Source of the DNA: a virus
Lineage: Duplodnaviria > Caudoviricetes
Strand: one strand, 5' to 3'
DNA: 61,923 bases
Virus record (IMG/VR): IMGVR_UViG_3300048591_001211
Coordinates: 1 to 61,923 of that record
This document shows positions 1 through 12,100 of the stretch, in pieces. Under the pieces are notes generated by a model. It searched no databases. It saw nothing but the letters and a program-made list of their open reading frames with translations, and had not been told where the DNA came from. Position 1 is the stretch's first letter, and each line of letters begins with the position of its first letter. Made by a program: the position numbers and the translations under genes.

Positions 1-3000
1 AGCCGGATTGAAAACAACGCGGCTGGTCTCGCCGCCACTTTCCGGTCGGGCCGTGGCACGAACGACTCCGCGACGATCTTCGTGCGGGGGGCGCAACCGA
101 TCATCGTGGGCAACGACTTCCGGGCCAACGCCGGCGCGGTCGTGAGCGTCAATGCCAACTCCCTGTCGAACGTGCTCCGGCCGGATGTCGGTCGGTCGAC
201 CGGTGTCGTGTCGCGGTTCACGCAGTACGAAACGAACCGTGGACCACTCGTCGCTGGAAATCGACTGGCCTACACACCTGGCGATACCCCGGCGATCGCA
301 GGCATGGTGGTGCGGGGTGAGGAGATCACCACGGAGAGTGTGTGGGACGACACCGACATCGTCCACGTGCTCCAAAACGAGATTATCGTCAACAACTTCC
401 AGACGGCGACGGGCCTGCGACTGCAAAGCCGTACCGACGCGAGCCTCATCGTGAAGTTGCTCGGGGCGACCGCGGGCTTTACTGCTTCGGGCGATCCGCT
501 CGACATCACCGACCGCATCGGTGGTACGGTGCAGGTCATCGGTCAGCCTGGGTATCCGGTGGTGCTGACGTCATTGAAGGACGACAGCGTCGGGGCGAGC
601 CTCGACCCGCTCGGCGTGACGGTGAAAGACACGAATGTCGACGGCACGACAACGAGCCCGGCTCCTGGCGACTGGAGGAGCGTGAAGTTCCTGCCATACG
701 CCAACGATCGCAACGTGGCCGTGGTCATCGAATCCGAGAAGGCAATGACCGGCGGTGAGGGCACCAACGACACGACCGTGACGGCGCAACAGCTCGGCGT
801 TCTCGCTCCCAACTATGCAACCGCCGGCAACACGACCGAGTCGGCTCAAGAGAAGTCGGGTGACGAGATCCGGCGACTCGGCTTCGAGATCCACGGCGCC
901 GTTTCACCCGACGCCCCTTCGGATGTCGACGTCTACCGGTTCACGGGCTATGCCGGCTCGGAAGTCTGGATCGACCTCGACAAGACCGCACCGTCACTCG
1001 ATTCGATGATCGAGGTGCTCGACGCTGCGGGCAACGTGATCGCTCGTTCGGCAGACTCGACGGCCGAAGGCGTCGTCGTCCACCTCGAGGATCAAGTCGA
1101 TTTGGTCGGCGGCACATCGGTGACGTACCAGTTGGACAGCGGCAACGTCACCGCAGGCACGCTCACCGGTGTCATCACCGACATGAGTGGATTCTTTCCG
1201 GTCGTGATCCAGACCTTCACGGTCAATGCCGCAGGCGTGTTCTCCTTCCAAAACGTGCTTGGCGAGGGTCGCTTTAGCGAAGCGATCGCGCCGACATTTT
1301 CGGCCGTGGGCGGTGCCCTTGACCTTGCCAGCGGGGCGTTGACGCTCGACTACTCCGGCCTCATGGGGGCCACGCAGTTGACGCTCCGGTATGCCTCCAC
1401 GAATGCCGCGCTCGGCCCGACCCGAGGCTCTGCCCTCGCCCTTGGGAAGGATAGCTATCGAGGCAACGACTTCTATTCCCAGAATTCCAAGGATGGCGGG
1501 CTTCGGATCGTTCTCCCCGGCACCATCGGAAGCCAGCAGCAGTATTTCGTTCGCGTGCGGAGCCAGCCCAAGTATGAGCCGGTTTCGACGGCGGGCGGCA
1601 ATGGCGGTGTGACCGCAACATCATTGGCGACATACCGCGCCGATCTGGCCGACCCGGCGAAAGTCGCCGCAGGCGCCACTTCTGGCACCTACGAGCTTCG
1701 CATTCGTCTGCGGCAACATGACGAAAAGCCGGGCTCCACCGTCCGCTATGCCGATATTCGCTTCCCGACGATCGGCATCGACGCCCAAGGGCTGCCGGGT
1801 CGCTCCAACCTGGTCGGTGAGATTGGGGAGAATCCCACCGACGACAATGGCACGTTCGACACGGCCCAGTTCATCGGGAACCTCCTCCAGACGGACCAGG
1901 CGACGATCAGTGTCGCGGGCTCGGCATTGGATGAGGGCGACATCGACTGGTACACGTTTGCGGTGGATTTCGCGAAGGTGCAGTCGGGCGGCGGGAGCTG
2001 GGCCACGATCTTCGACATCGACTATGGCGACGGCTTCCGTGGCGACCTCACGATCTCGGTGTTCGATGCCCAGGGTCGGCTTGTGTACATCGGCCGCGAC
2101 TCGAACGTTGAGAATGATCAGCCAGGTGTCGGGCAGGGGAACGACTTCGACGATCTTGCCCGTGGTTCGATCGGCCAGCTCGATCCCTACATCGGAACGA
2201 GCCGCCTCTTCGCGGGAACTGCCGAAGACACGATCGATCCCACCACCGGCCTGCCGACTCCCGCGGCAACATCGCGTTACTACGTCGCGGTCTCGTCGAA
2301 TGAGCGGCTGCCCGAGGCACTCAATGCCTATTACCGGGCGGACGCGGCCAACAGCCTGGTGCGTCTCGAGCCGATCAGTTCGCTCGCTCGCTTGATCGAC
2401 GACACCATCGGCCCGCCCCTCGTGCCTCCGACCCAGAATGCGGCGTTCAATACGACCAATCAGTTCACGCTTTCCACGAACGTGACGCCGTTTACGCTCG
2501 CCGACGTAACGCTGTTCATGACCAGCGCGACGAGCTTGGTCACGGTTGACCCGATGCGTGGAGTCGGTTTTGGTGGTGGTCTCGAGACCGTCATCGAAGC
2601 CAACTATGGCAACGGCCGCAACATCGGTGACATCATCATGCGCTCGGACGGTCGTATGTATGCCTATGCCGGGATCGGCGGCCTTGCCAACTCGGCAGGC
2701 CGTTTGGAGCTCGTCGACACCGGCAACGGTGTGCGCACGGTGATCGGCACGGACAACATTCAGAATCGCCCAGCGGCGACCACGATCACCAACGAGACGC
2801 CGGCCTTGCAAGGCCAGCCGAATCCGACGACCACGGTGTATGAAGTGGCCAATCCCTTGGCGCAGCCGTCCACGTTGACCGGTACGGTGACGATCGCCGG
2901 CGAGGTTGGTGGCAATCCAGTGTCGGGCATCTGGACATTCGTCACGGACGTGAACGGGGTCCTCACGTTCACGCCGGGTGCACCCGGTACCCCGGGTATC

Positions 3001-6000
3001 CCCGTGCCAGATCCGTCGCTCCCCTCGCCGGCAACCGGCAATTTCAATTCAGGGAACCGCCGCATCACCATCGTCTGGACCGCAGCCGTGGACACCGATG
3101 ACATTTCGCTGACGAATGTCGGCTACACGTTTGACGCGCTGCCGGAAACGGTGACGACCGACACCGTCGACGCGCTCGCGTGGCGTCGTGCGAATCCCGG
3201 GTCCTACCAGAACCTCATGTATTCCGTACGGGATGGCGGCAGTTCACGGCTCTACGCCGCGAATTCCGGCACGGGTTCGGCCGCTGGTGCGGCGGCGTTC
3301 CAGGGCTACATCCAGGATGCCGGCAACAGCCTCGGCATCGTCACGGGCATGGCCTGGGGGAACGATGGCCTCCTCTACGGCGTCGACACCAATGGATGGT
3401 TCTTCACGATCAATGCGGGGAACGCTGTCGCCACCTTGATCAGCCAGGTCCCTGGCGCCTCGTTTCAGGGTCTGGCACTCGGGCCGCAGAACCTCGGAGC
3501 GGGTGCGTACGCCAATCTGTTCTTTGCGATCGACTCGATCGGGAACCTGCGGGCGCTGGATACCAACGGCGCGCTTTTGCCGGTGTTCGATCAGAATGGT
3601 GACGGCGTTGCCGGCGACCAGTTCGTGTCCACGGGCTTCTTTGGGGCGACGGGCCTTGCCTTCTCCCCGCTCGACGTCAATCTCTGGCACCCCACGACGT
3701 TCCGCGGCAAGGAGATTGGTCACGGCGTCAACAATTCGCTGGCCGCCGACGGCATTCGCCCACTCGACATCGAGGGTGGGTCGAGCATGTATTTCGGCTT
3801 TGAACAGTTTCAGGCAGAACTTCCAACGTACGACGGCTACGCGCTGGTCAACGGCCAGCACGGTGCGGTTTCGCCCACCTGGCATCAAGACCTCAGCACC
3901 AACGGGGTGCACAACAATTCGTACAACCTGCCGGGTGGCGCGTACGGAAGCATGCAGACGAACCCCTTCAGCCTGGAGGGATACGTCTATGGCGACAAGC
4001 CGACGCTCTACTTCAATTACTGGCTCGAGACGCAAGAGGCCGAAAGCCGGACCAACGGCATGCGGGACAGCGCCCGCGTGCTCGCATCGGTGGACGGTGG
4101 CCGGACGTGGGAACTCGTCGCCACGAACAACTCCCTGCGTTCAGACCCGGGCACCGAGAACGCCGAGCTTCCGGTGACGGCGACGGCATCGTCGGGGATC
4201 ACGAACTACACCAACCAGAAGGTCCAGGAACTGTTCGACTCCGGCGCGTGGAGGCAAGCGCGCATCGATCTTGGCGAATTCGCCGGCTTCGCCGATGTCC
4301 GGCTGCGGTTCGACTTCTCGACGGCCGGCGAGATGGATACGTCGCAAGTGTGGCGCACGAGCAAGCCGGTTCTCGTCGACGCCATCGCTTCAAATACCGT
4401 CACCTTTGGTGACGTGTCGGATCTCCTCACCGGACTGGTCATGGTCGACGGTGCGGGGCTTCCGCTGGGAGCCGTCACGGGCATCGATGCCGCGACGGGC
4501 ATCGTGACGCTCGACACGCCCGTCACGCTCACGCTGGATACGGTCGTCACGTTTGTCGATGCCAGCGGGCTCAATCTGCTGAACAACGTGCCGATCCCGG
4601 GCTTTTCCCCGATCCAGGCGCTCGGCAATTCGACCGGCAACTTCAACAGTCCGCAGCGAGGGCAGAACAACGCCTTCGGTGGATTCATGGTCGACGACGT
4701 CATCGTCGGCTTTGCCGAGCGCGGCGAGATGGTCACCCTTGCCGAACCAGACCAGACCGACTTTTTCGATACGGAGACCGAAGGCGCCGCGGCCCAGGTG
4801 CTGCTCGGCTCCTATCAGTTGGAGATCCGGCGCGGAACCGACTACGTCACGCCGACCGAACCGCCACTGATCTATCAGCTCTTCAATACGAACGATCCGC
4901 TCATCGCCGCCGCCGGCACGGGCACCGAGTATGGAGCGAGATTCGGTGACATGAACACGCCTCGTCAGCAGGGGCAGTTCATCGTCGAGAGCAACATCCT
5001 CTCGGATGCGGCCCAGTACGGGATCAGCATCACCGCGGGCGAGCGAGATGTGGACACCAATGCGCCTCATCCTGGAGTCGCGAGGAACCTTCCGGTCCTC
5101 AACAACGCCGGGCTGGCAGCGGGTGCCGTGGTGACCAACAACGTGGTGGCCTCGAGCGGAATCGCCGGAATTCGCGTGGCGGGCGACCCGAACACAGGGA
5201 ATGTGCCGCGCGGTGTGGTGCCGTTCGCGAGACTCGTCAACAACACGATCTACGGTGGTTCGACGTCGACCGGCACGGGTGTGGACGTGTCCCAGAACGC
5301 CGGGCCGACGATCATCAACAACCTCTTTGCCAACCTGGCGACCGGTGTGGCAGTCGACGGGTCGTCGCGGTTTGACAGCCAAGGCCGTCAGCGGACCGTG
5401 GTGGCGACATCGGCCTACTGGAATACCACGACCCAGGTCTCGGGAGCGTCGCAGAGCATCCCGATTCCGCTTTCGGCAAACCCGTTCGTGAACGCGGGAG
5501 CGAGGAACTTCTACCTCGTACCAGGATCGCAAGCGATCGACAGCTCACTCAACTCGCTCCAGGATCGCGAGGAGTTCCGCGTGGTCAACGCAAGCGTGGG
5601 CATCAATGGCAACACGTTGACAAGCCCCGACGGGGCATCGCCAATTCTGGCTCCGGACCGAGATCTGTATGGTCAGCTCCGGTCGGACGATCCCGCCCAG
5701 GCAAGTTTCCCTGGCCTCGGCCTCAATGTATTCAAGGACATCGGTGCTATCGATCGAGTCGATACGACCCAGCCGTTTGCCATGCTCGTTGTCCCGCTCG
5801 ACGGTGGTCCGTCCGATACCAACCCAACCCCGAACGTCGTTTTCCTGAATAGGCAGGATGCGAGAGGTCTGACCCGTTTTGAAATTCAGCTATCGGACAA
5901 CGGGGTTGGCATCGACAAGTCGACAGTCGTACCCGAAGCATTTGTCCTTACGCACAATGGTGTACCGCTCGTCGAGGGCGTTGACTACGTCTTCCGGTAT

Positions 6001-7626
6001 CTCGAGTCGAGCAACCGTGTGGTTTTGGAATCAGCATCGGTGTATGCACTCGGTGGCTACTTGATCAGGGCCATTCCGCGGCAGAGTGCACCAGGAGTAC
6101 CTGGGCACTTGACGGATCTGGCCAACAATGTGCTCCTCGGGAGCCCTTCCATCAGCTCGGAGAAGCGGTTCTTCATCCGTCTCGAAGACGTTCCGGGCGT
6201 TCCGACCGGTGTCACGGGAAGTCCGCTCGAGAACGCGGTCGCGCTCCAGTGGCTTGCTCCAGCCTCGAGCGGATCGTCCCCGATCACCGACTACGTGATC
6301 CAGTACACGTCGAATGGCGGTGCGACCTGGACGACGTTTCCACATGCGGCCTCGACGGCGACATCGATCACCGTGACCGGCCTCGTGAACGGCACGGGCT
6401 ATCGGTTCCGCGTCGCTGCAGTCAACGCCGTCGGCCAGGGCGCGTACTCCGACCTGTCGCCGGTGATCACACCGGCCGCCTTGCCTCCAGGGCCCCCGAC
6501 GAATGTTGTTGGCGTGCGTGGTGACGCCCTCGTAAACGTGACGTGGGACCCACCTGCGAACCCCGGAACCGCACCTGTCTGGGATTACTGGATTCAGTAT
6601 TCGTCAAATGGCGGCACGACCTGGACGACCTTCTTTGACGGAATCCGAGGAGCCACAGCGGCGACGGTCACGGGTCTGACAAATGGGACGGCCTATCTGT
6701 TCCGTGTTGCGGCGGTGAACAAGAACGGCCCGAGTCCTTGGGTTGCGACGTCCGTTCCTGTCACACCGTTGGCCCGTGCCTCGGCCCCGACGATCACCTC
6801 GCTGACGGCTGGCACGAATCTGCTCAACGTGTCGTGGACGACGCCGAACGGGAACGGGTCGACCATTACCGGGTACATCGTGGAATACAACAACGGTACG
6901 ACGACCGTTCAGGTGCCGGTCGGTGTCGTGAACACGCGGCAGATCACGGGGCTGGTCAACGGGGCGTCGTATACCGTGCGGGTCGCTGCCGTTACGGCGG
7001 CGGGCACGGGAATCTTCTCGGCCTGGGCCGGGCCCGTTTCGCCGGCTGGTCCCGCCTCGGCCCCAACCGGAGTCACGCTCATGGCCCGTGACAAGGCCGT
7101 CGATGTCTCGTGGGTCGCGCCGACGGACAACGGCGGGCGTGCGATCACCGACTATGTCGTTCGCTACCGGCTCGCATCGTCGGCCGTGTGGAGCACCGTC
7201 AACGTCGGGTCGGCTACGACATCACGGACCATCTCCGGCCTCACCAATGGCCAGCAGTACGTGTTCCAGGTGGCCGCCATCACGAGCTTCGGCACCGGCA
7301 CGTTCTCTGCGATCGCCGGTCCGGTGACCCCGCAGCCCTTGGCCTCGCCGCCGACCCGCCTCGGCGGCAATGCCGTGGGACCGGGGCTCGTGTCGCTCGT
7401 GTGGACGGCGCCGTCGAACACGGGCGGCCTGACGATCACGGACTACATCGTGCAGTACTCGTCGAACAACGGCGTGAGCTGGACGACGACGCCGGATGGT
7501 GTGTCGACGCTGGCTCGTTCCACGGTCTCCGTACCCACCGGAGGGACGTACGTCTTCCGGGTGGCGGCGATCACGGGTGGTGTCGTCGGGCAGTGGTCGC
7601 TGAACTCGCTCCCGGTGTCGGCGTAG
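1..7626 (+). CDS. Giant secreted/surface protein, 5'-truncated: PPC-like repeats, beta-helix region and five C-terminal fibronectin type III domains
   Basis: The frame is open from base 1 (ORF 82..7626, 2514 aa). It has DVDVY/DIDWY PPC-type motifs, a NNTIYG/NNLF beta-helix region and five FN3 repeats (W-x-x-P...ITDY...GL-x-NG-x-x-Y-x-F-x-V-A-A) from about 6190 to 7620. Confidence 0.8.
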   Translation, partial: SRIENNAAGLAATFRSGRGTNDSATIFVRGAQPIIVGNDFRANAGAVVSVNANSLSNVLRPDVGRSTGVVSRFTQYETNRGPLVAGNRLAYTPGDTPAIAGMVVRGEEITTESVWDDTDIVHVLQNEIIVNNFQTATGLRLQSRTDASLIVKLLGATAGFTASGDPLDITDRIGGTVQVIGQPGYPVVLTSLKDDSVGASLDPLGVTVKDTNVDGTTTSPAPGDWRSVKFLPYANDRNVAVVIESEKAMTGGEGTNDTTVTAQQLGVLAPNYATAGNTTESAQEKSGDEIRRLGFEIHGAVSPDAPSDVDVYRFTGYAGSEVWIDLDKTAPSLDSMIEVLDAAGNVIARSADSTAEGVVVHLEDQVDLVGGTSVTYQLDSGNVTAGTLTGVITDMSGFFPVVIQTFTVNAAGVFSFQNVLGEGRFSEAIAPTFSAVGGALDLASGALTLDYSGLMGATQLTLRYASTNAALGPTRGSALALGKDSYRGNDFYSQNSKDGGLRIVLPGTIGSQQQYFVRVRSQPKYEPVSTAGGNGGVTATSLATYRADLADPAKVAAGATSGTYELRIRLRQHDEKPGSTVRYADIRFPTIGIDAQGLPGRSNLVGEIGENPTDDNGTFDTAQFIGNLLQTDQATISVAGSALDEGDIDWYTFAVDFAKVQSGGGSWATIFDIDYGDGFRGDLTISVFDAQGRLVYIGRDSNVENDQPGVGQGNDFDDLARGSIGQLDPYIGTSRLFAGTAEDTIDPTTGLPTPAATSRYYVAVSSNERLPEALNAYYRADAANSLVRLEPISSLARLIDDTIGPPLVPPTQNAAFNTTNQFTLSTNVTPFTLADVTLFMTSATSLVTVDPMRGVGFGGGLETVIEANYGNGRNIGDIIMRSDGRMYAYAGIGGLANSAGRLELVDTGNGVRTVIGTDNIQNRPAATTITNETPALQGQPNPTTTVYEVANPLAQPSTLTGTVTIAGEVGGNPVSGIWTFVTDVNGVLTFTPGAPGTPGIPVPDPSLPSPATGNFNSGNRRITIVWTAAVDTDDISLTNVGYTFDALPETVTTDTVDALAWRRANPGSYQNLMYSVRDGGSSRLYAANSGTGSAAGAAAFQGYIQDAGNSLGIVTGMAWGNDGLLYGVDTNGWFFTINAGNAVATLISQVPGASFQGLALGPQNLGAGAYANLFFAIDSIGNLRALDTNGALLPVFDQNGDGVAGDQFVSTGFFGATGLAFSPLDVNLWHPTTFRGKEIGHGVNNSLAADGIRPLDIEGGSSMYFGFEQFQAELPTYDGYALVNGQHGAVSPTWHQDLSTNGVHNNSYNLPGGAYGSMQTNPFSLEGYVYGDKPTLYFNYWLETQEAESRTNGMRDSARVLASVDGGRTWELVATNNSLRSDPGTENAELPVTATASSGITNYTNQKVQELFDSGAWRQARIDLGEFAGFADVRLRFDFSTAGEMDTSQVWRTSKPVLVDAIASNTVTFGDVSDLLTGLVMVDGAGLPLGAVTGIDAATGIVTLDTPVTLTLDTVVTFVDASGLNLLNNVPIPGFSPIQALGNSTGNFNSPQRGQNNAFGGFMVDDVIVGFAERGEMVTLAEPDQTDFFDTETEGAAAQVLLGSYQLEIRRGTDYVTPTEPPLIYQLFNTNDPLIAAAGTGTEYGARFGDMNTPRQQGQFIVESNILSDAAQYGISITAGERDVDTNAPHPGVARNLPVLNNAGLAAGAVVTNNVVASSGIAGIRVAGDPNTGNVPRGVVPFARLVNNTIYGGSTSTGTGVDVSQNAGPTIINNLFANLATGVAVDGSSRFDSQGRQRTVVATSAYWNTTTQVSGASQSIPIPLSANPFVNAGARNFYLVPGSQAIDSSLNSLQDREEFRVVNASVGINGNTLTSPDGASPILAPDRDLYGQLRSDDPAQASFPGLGLNVFKDIGAIDRVDTTQPFAMLVVPLDGGPSDTNPTPNVVFLNRQDARGLTRFEIQLSDNGVGIDKSTVVPEAFVLTHNGVPLVEGVDYVFRYLESSNRVVLESASVYALGGYLIRAIPRQSAPGVPGHLTDLANNVLLGSPSISSEKRFFIRLEDVPGVPTGVTGSPLENAVALQWLAPASSGSSPITDYVIQYTSNGGATWTTFPHAASTATSITVTGLVNGTGYRFRVAAVNAVGQGAYSDLSPVITPAALPPGPPTNVVGVRGDALVNVTWDPPANPGTAPVWDYWIQYSSNGGTTWTTFFDGIRGATAATVTGLTNGTAYLFRVAAVNKNGPSPWVATSVPVTPLARASAPTITSLTAGTNLLNVSWTTPNGNGSTITGYIVEYNNGTTTVQVPVGVVNTRQITGLVNGASYTVRVAAVTAAGTGIFSAWAGPVSPAGPASAPTGVTLMARDKAVDVSWVAPTDNGGRAITDYVVRYRLASSAVWSTVNVGSATTSRTISGLTNGQQYVFQVAAITSFGTGTFSAIAGPVTPQPLASPPTRLGGNAVGPGLVSLVWTAPSNTGGLTITDYIVQYSSNNGVSWTTTPDGVSTLARSTVSVPTGGTYVFRVAAITGGVVGQWSLNSLPVSA

Positions 7627-7672
7627 CGAGCCTTGCGGGAGCGACCGATCGGGCGGGCCGCTGGCGGGTGTA

Positions 7673-8890
7673 CTACCAGCGGCCTTCGAGGCCGATGGTA
7701 ACCGCCTGCACGAAGACCCCGCCGTCGGCGTTGATCGTGCCCGACGTCGGCTCGACGCCGCCGGCGGGTTGCGTGAGCACCTGGCCGCTGAGCTGCTGCG
7801 TTGGCTGCACGATGCCGGAGAGCCACCACCCGGAGTAGCCGACCCGAACATCCAGCCAGTTCGTGACCGGAATGACTCCGGTCAGCCCCACTTCACCCAG
7901 GAAGCTCGCGCTTACTGGTGATTGGTCAATGGCAACCGACTGGGTGAGAAACGGTCCTGTCGCATTCGACGTATACGAGGAACGCTGGACGCCGTTGTTG
8001 TAGTACGCCCCCGCCTTCACGATCGAGTCGACCCGCATCCATGGAAGCGAAAAGAGGACTCCGTCGATGCCGATCTGCCCACCGTAGAGGCTGTTGAAAC
8101 ACTCGGTGCTGTAGAAGTCTTGGATCGTCTGGGTTCCAACGAACTCGTCTGACAGCGAGAAATTCTCCTGCCACTCGACCCAGCGAAATCCGGCGAGAAA
8201 TCGGGCGTGCTCTCCGATCCACCAATGACGGTTCACTTCGAGGCTCTTCATCCACGCCCCGAGATTCACGGTGCCGGTGTCGAAGTTTTGCGTGTTGCCG
8301 TTCCCGTAGAACCCAGGTGGAGCGAGGGCGTAGAGATCAGACTGTGCTGAGAGCGGCCTTTCGCTCCGCCAGTTGGCGATCTGGAAGTAGGTCGTTTCGA
8401 TCGCAGTGCCGTTGGCATCGTTGAAACGAAAGATCGAGAACCTCGGGCCGGCTGCCGCCGGGCTGTCCATGCCGTTGGCGTTGAGAACCGGCGTGCCGCT
8501 CAGGCCTGTCTCGACGAGTGGGCGGTCGGGCGGTGCATCGCGCCAGGCGATGAGCGCGTCGACACGGCCCACCCAGAGCACATCCTGATTGGCGATGACG
8601 GGGCCGAGCAGTCCACTATGCCCCGAGCCATCCTGGTCGGAGATCCAACTGGTGCCCTCGTCCTCCGATCCGACGATGATCCCGTCGTCCGGCGTGGCTC
8701 GTGGCGGCTGTGCAGGAACCATGCTCGGCGCCGGGCCTTCCGAGACGAGAACTGACTCGTTCGGCAGATCGACCCAGCCGTCCTGGGCGCTCGATCCCCC
8801 GGGGATGAGGCCGGCGATCACCGCGAAGGCCATGGCAGCCGAGCGGAGGAGCCTGTCGATTCTGCGGATCAATCCGGCACGCGCCGCCAT
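7673..8890 (-). CDS. Outer-membrane beta-barrel protein (BBP7-like, planctomycete type)
   Basis: Signal-like N-terminus, amphipathic strands, FLAGFRW and NSLYGGQIG motifs, and a C-terminal aromatic residue (IGLEGRW). The start codon is uncertain. Confidence 0.65.
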   Translation of the reverse strand: MAARAGLIRRIDRLLRSAAMAFAVIAGLIPGGSSAQDGWVDLPNESVLVSEGPAPSMVPAQPPRATPDDGIIVGSEDEGTSWISDQDGSGHSGLLGPVIANQDVLWVGRVDALIAWRDAPPDRPLVETGLSGTPVLNANGMDSPAAAGPRFSIFRFNDANGTAIETTYFQIANWRSERPLSAQSDLYALAPPGFYGNGNTQNFDTGTVNLGAWMKSLEVNRHWWIGEHARFLAGFRWVEWQENFSLSDEFVGTQTIQDFYSTECFNSLYGGQIGIDGVLFSLPWMRVDSIVKAGAYYNNGVQRSSYTSNATGPFLTQSVAIDQSPVSASFLGEVGLTGVIPVTNWLDVRVGYSGWWLSGIVQPTQQLSGQVLTQPAGGVEPTSGTINADGGVFVQAVTIGLEGRW

Positions 8891-9102
8891 GGTTTCCGTC
8901 TCCGTGGACACTTCCTGACTGTCCGGTGGAATCGGTCGTGACGGTTGTCCGCCCCCATCGGCCGAGACGGTGTTCCTGTTACGTGGACCTGGCAAACTTT
9001 GACGCTCGATCGCGCAGGCCGCGAAGGCCCTCTTTCACCCAGGCTGCCAGGACTGCAAACTTCGCCGTTGCCGCAGACTCTCCTGCTTCGCTGAACGGTG
9101 GC

Positions 9103-12100
9103 CTATGGAGCCGGCGCGACCTCGAGCGCACCGAAGGCCTTCAGGGCTTCGCCGGTGTGGCTTCGGAGCAAATGCTTGTCGCCGGCGCCGCGTTCCCAGA
9201 GCTCCGCATGGATGACCAGGTCTTCTGGGGGACCTTCGGCCACGATCCGGCCGCCGCCCGCACCCGCTTCGGGGCCCATGTCGATGACCCAATCGGCCGC
9301 GGCGACGACCTCGAGGTTATGCTCCACGACGAGGACGGTATTGCCTCCAGCCACGAGGCGTTCCAGCACACGGAGCAGCTTCTCGATGTCGGTGAAATGA
9401 AGGCCGGTCGTCGGCTCGTCGAGCACGTAGAGTGTTTTGCCCGTGGCCTGTTTGGCGAGCTCGCGGGAGAGTTTCACGCGCTGGGCCTCGCCCCCCGAAA
9501 GCTGCGGGGCAGGCTGGCCAAGCGTGATGTAGCCGAGGCCGACATCCACGAGGGTCTCGAGAATCCGCGCCACCTGCGGCACCGTGCTGAAAAAAGCCGC
9601 CGCCTCGCCAATGCTCATCTCCAGGACATCGGCGATGTTCTTGCCATGCCACTTCGCATGGAGCGTTTCCGAAGAATAGCGACGCCCCTTGCAGTGTTCG
9701 CACTCGACCCAGACGTCCGGGAGAAAGTGCATCTCGACACGTCGCTGGCCGAGTCCCTCGCAGGCCTCGCAGCGGCCTCCGGCGACGTTGAACGAAAAGG
9801 TCCGAGGCGTAAACCCGCGCGTCCGCGCCTCGGGGACCTTTGAAAAGAGCTGGCGGATGTGGTCGAAGACACCCGTGTACGTCGCGGGAGTCGAGCCCGG
9901 CGTGACCCCGATCGGCTCCTGATCGACAAGGATCACCCGATCGATTCGATCGAGCCCGGTGAGCTTGGCAAAACGCCCTGGCTGTTCGCGGGCTGCGTGG
10001 AGTCGTCGCGCCAGTGCCTTCCACAGCACCTCGAGCACGAGCGACGTCTTGCCCGAGCCGCTCGGGCCGGTGACGGCCGTCAAGACTCCCAGCGGAAACT
10101 TCACGTCGAGACCGCGGAGCGTGCGATGCTCGATGCCTTGAATCGTGAGCCATCCAGTCGGCTCGCGCCGGCCTTCTTCGAGCTTCCGCGCAAGCACCGC
10201 GTCAGAAGCACGGCGGCTTGTGAGGTATGGCCCCGTCACACTCGTCACGAGCTTTTCGAGCTTCCGCGGCGTGCCATGGGCCACGATCTGTCCCCCTTCG
10301 CGGCCACTGCCAGGCCCGAAGTCGAGCGCGTGATCGGCCGCGGCGACGACATCGCGGTCGTGCTCCACGACGACGACCGTGTTCCCGAGGTCACGGAGTT
10401 TGCCAAGCGCGGTGATGAGACGATGGGTGTCACGTGGATGCAACCCGATCGTCGGCTCGTCGAGGACGTAGAGCACACCGGTCAGGCCGCTGCCCACCTG
10501 GGCTGCGAGCCGAATGCGCTGCATCTCGCCGCCGGACAGACTTCCGGCAGGTCGGGCCATGTCGAGGTAATCGAGGCCCACATCGACGAGGAACGACACC
10601 CGCGCAAGCAGTTCACGAAGGAGGTCCCCTGCGATGCGCTTGCCGGAGTCGTCGAGTGTGATCGCGGCGAGCTCGTCGTGAAGTCGGCCGAGCGGCATCC
10701 GGCACCAGACATCGAGTGGGCGGCCCCACAGCGTGACGGCGGCGGCAACGTCGGCAAGGCGGCTCCCGCCGCACTCGCTGCAGGGCACCTCGTCCATGAC
10801 CGTATCGACCTTGCCGCGGTAGGCCACGACGAGCCGGGCTGCTTCCTCGCAGGCCGCTTCCAGGCCTTTGAACTGGAACGAGAATCCTGGGCCCTCGATC
10901 CATTTTTCTCCTGTGCCTTCGAAGAGCACGCGCTGTTGGAGTCCGGAGAGGTCGCCCAGTGGCACTTCCATCGGCAGGCCTGTCGCCTTGCAGACAGCGT
11001 TGAGCATCGCCCGGCTCACCGGCGACGCGAGGGCCGGCCACAGATCGAGGGCCCCATCAGCCAGTGACACTGAAAAATCCCGAACGAGTGCCTTGCGGTC
11101 GACACCCACCCGCGTGCCGAGGCCGTCGCAACTCGGGCACCAGCCGAGTGGGCTGTTGAACGAAAACTGCCTGGGTTCCAGCGGCTTGAAGCCTCGGCCG
11201 CAATCGGGGCAGGCGAGCTTTCTACTCTGGATGTCGACTGGCCAGTCAGGTTCCTCGACACCATCGATTGCTCGGGCTACGACCATCGTGCCGCCTCCGG
11301 CATCAAAGGCGGCCTCGATGCTCTGGGCCAGCCGGCTGCGCTCGCCAGGCGCCGCTGTCACCCGATCGATGACGATCTCGAGTCTGCTTTTGCGTTTACG
11401 ATCGAGCGCCGGCTTTTCATCGAGCCGCATCGTGCGGCCGTCGATCCGGATGCGCACATGCCCCGCGGCCAAAAGCTGCGTGAAGAGCGCTTCGGGCGTT
11501 TGACCGGTGCGCAGCTCGATCGGGGCGAGGAGCAGCATGCGCGTGCCTGGCGGGTTCGCGAGCAGCCGATCGACGACCTGATCCACGCTTTGGCTCGTGA
11601 CCTGCGTGCCGCACCCAGGACAGTGCATCACCCCGATCCGCGCGGCGAGCACGCGAAAATGGTCGTACATTTCGGTGATGGTTCCAACCGTCGATCGCGG
11701 CGTGCCATGGCTGCTCCGCTGTTCGATCGCGACGGCCGGAGCCAGCCCTTCGATCCGCTCGAAGATCGGCTTCGGCACCTGGCCGACGAACTGCCGGGCA
11801 TAGGGGGAGAGGCTTTCGACATACCGCCGCTGCCCCTCGGCATAGAGCGTGTCGAACGCGAGCGACGTCTTCCCCGAACCACTCGGACCACAGCAGACCG
11901 TCATCGCCCCACGTGGAATGTCTGCATCGACATGTTTGAGATTATGGAGCGCGGCGCCGCGAACCGTGATGGCTGGTGGCCCGGGATCGATCGACGCCTT
12001 GGAGACGGCGGCAAGCATCGCCGCGACGGCCTTCGACGGATCGGCTACTTTCTTGCGCCGCACGGCGGGCGTGCGCCGCGTCGCCCGATCAGCAGCATCC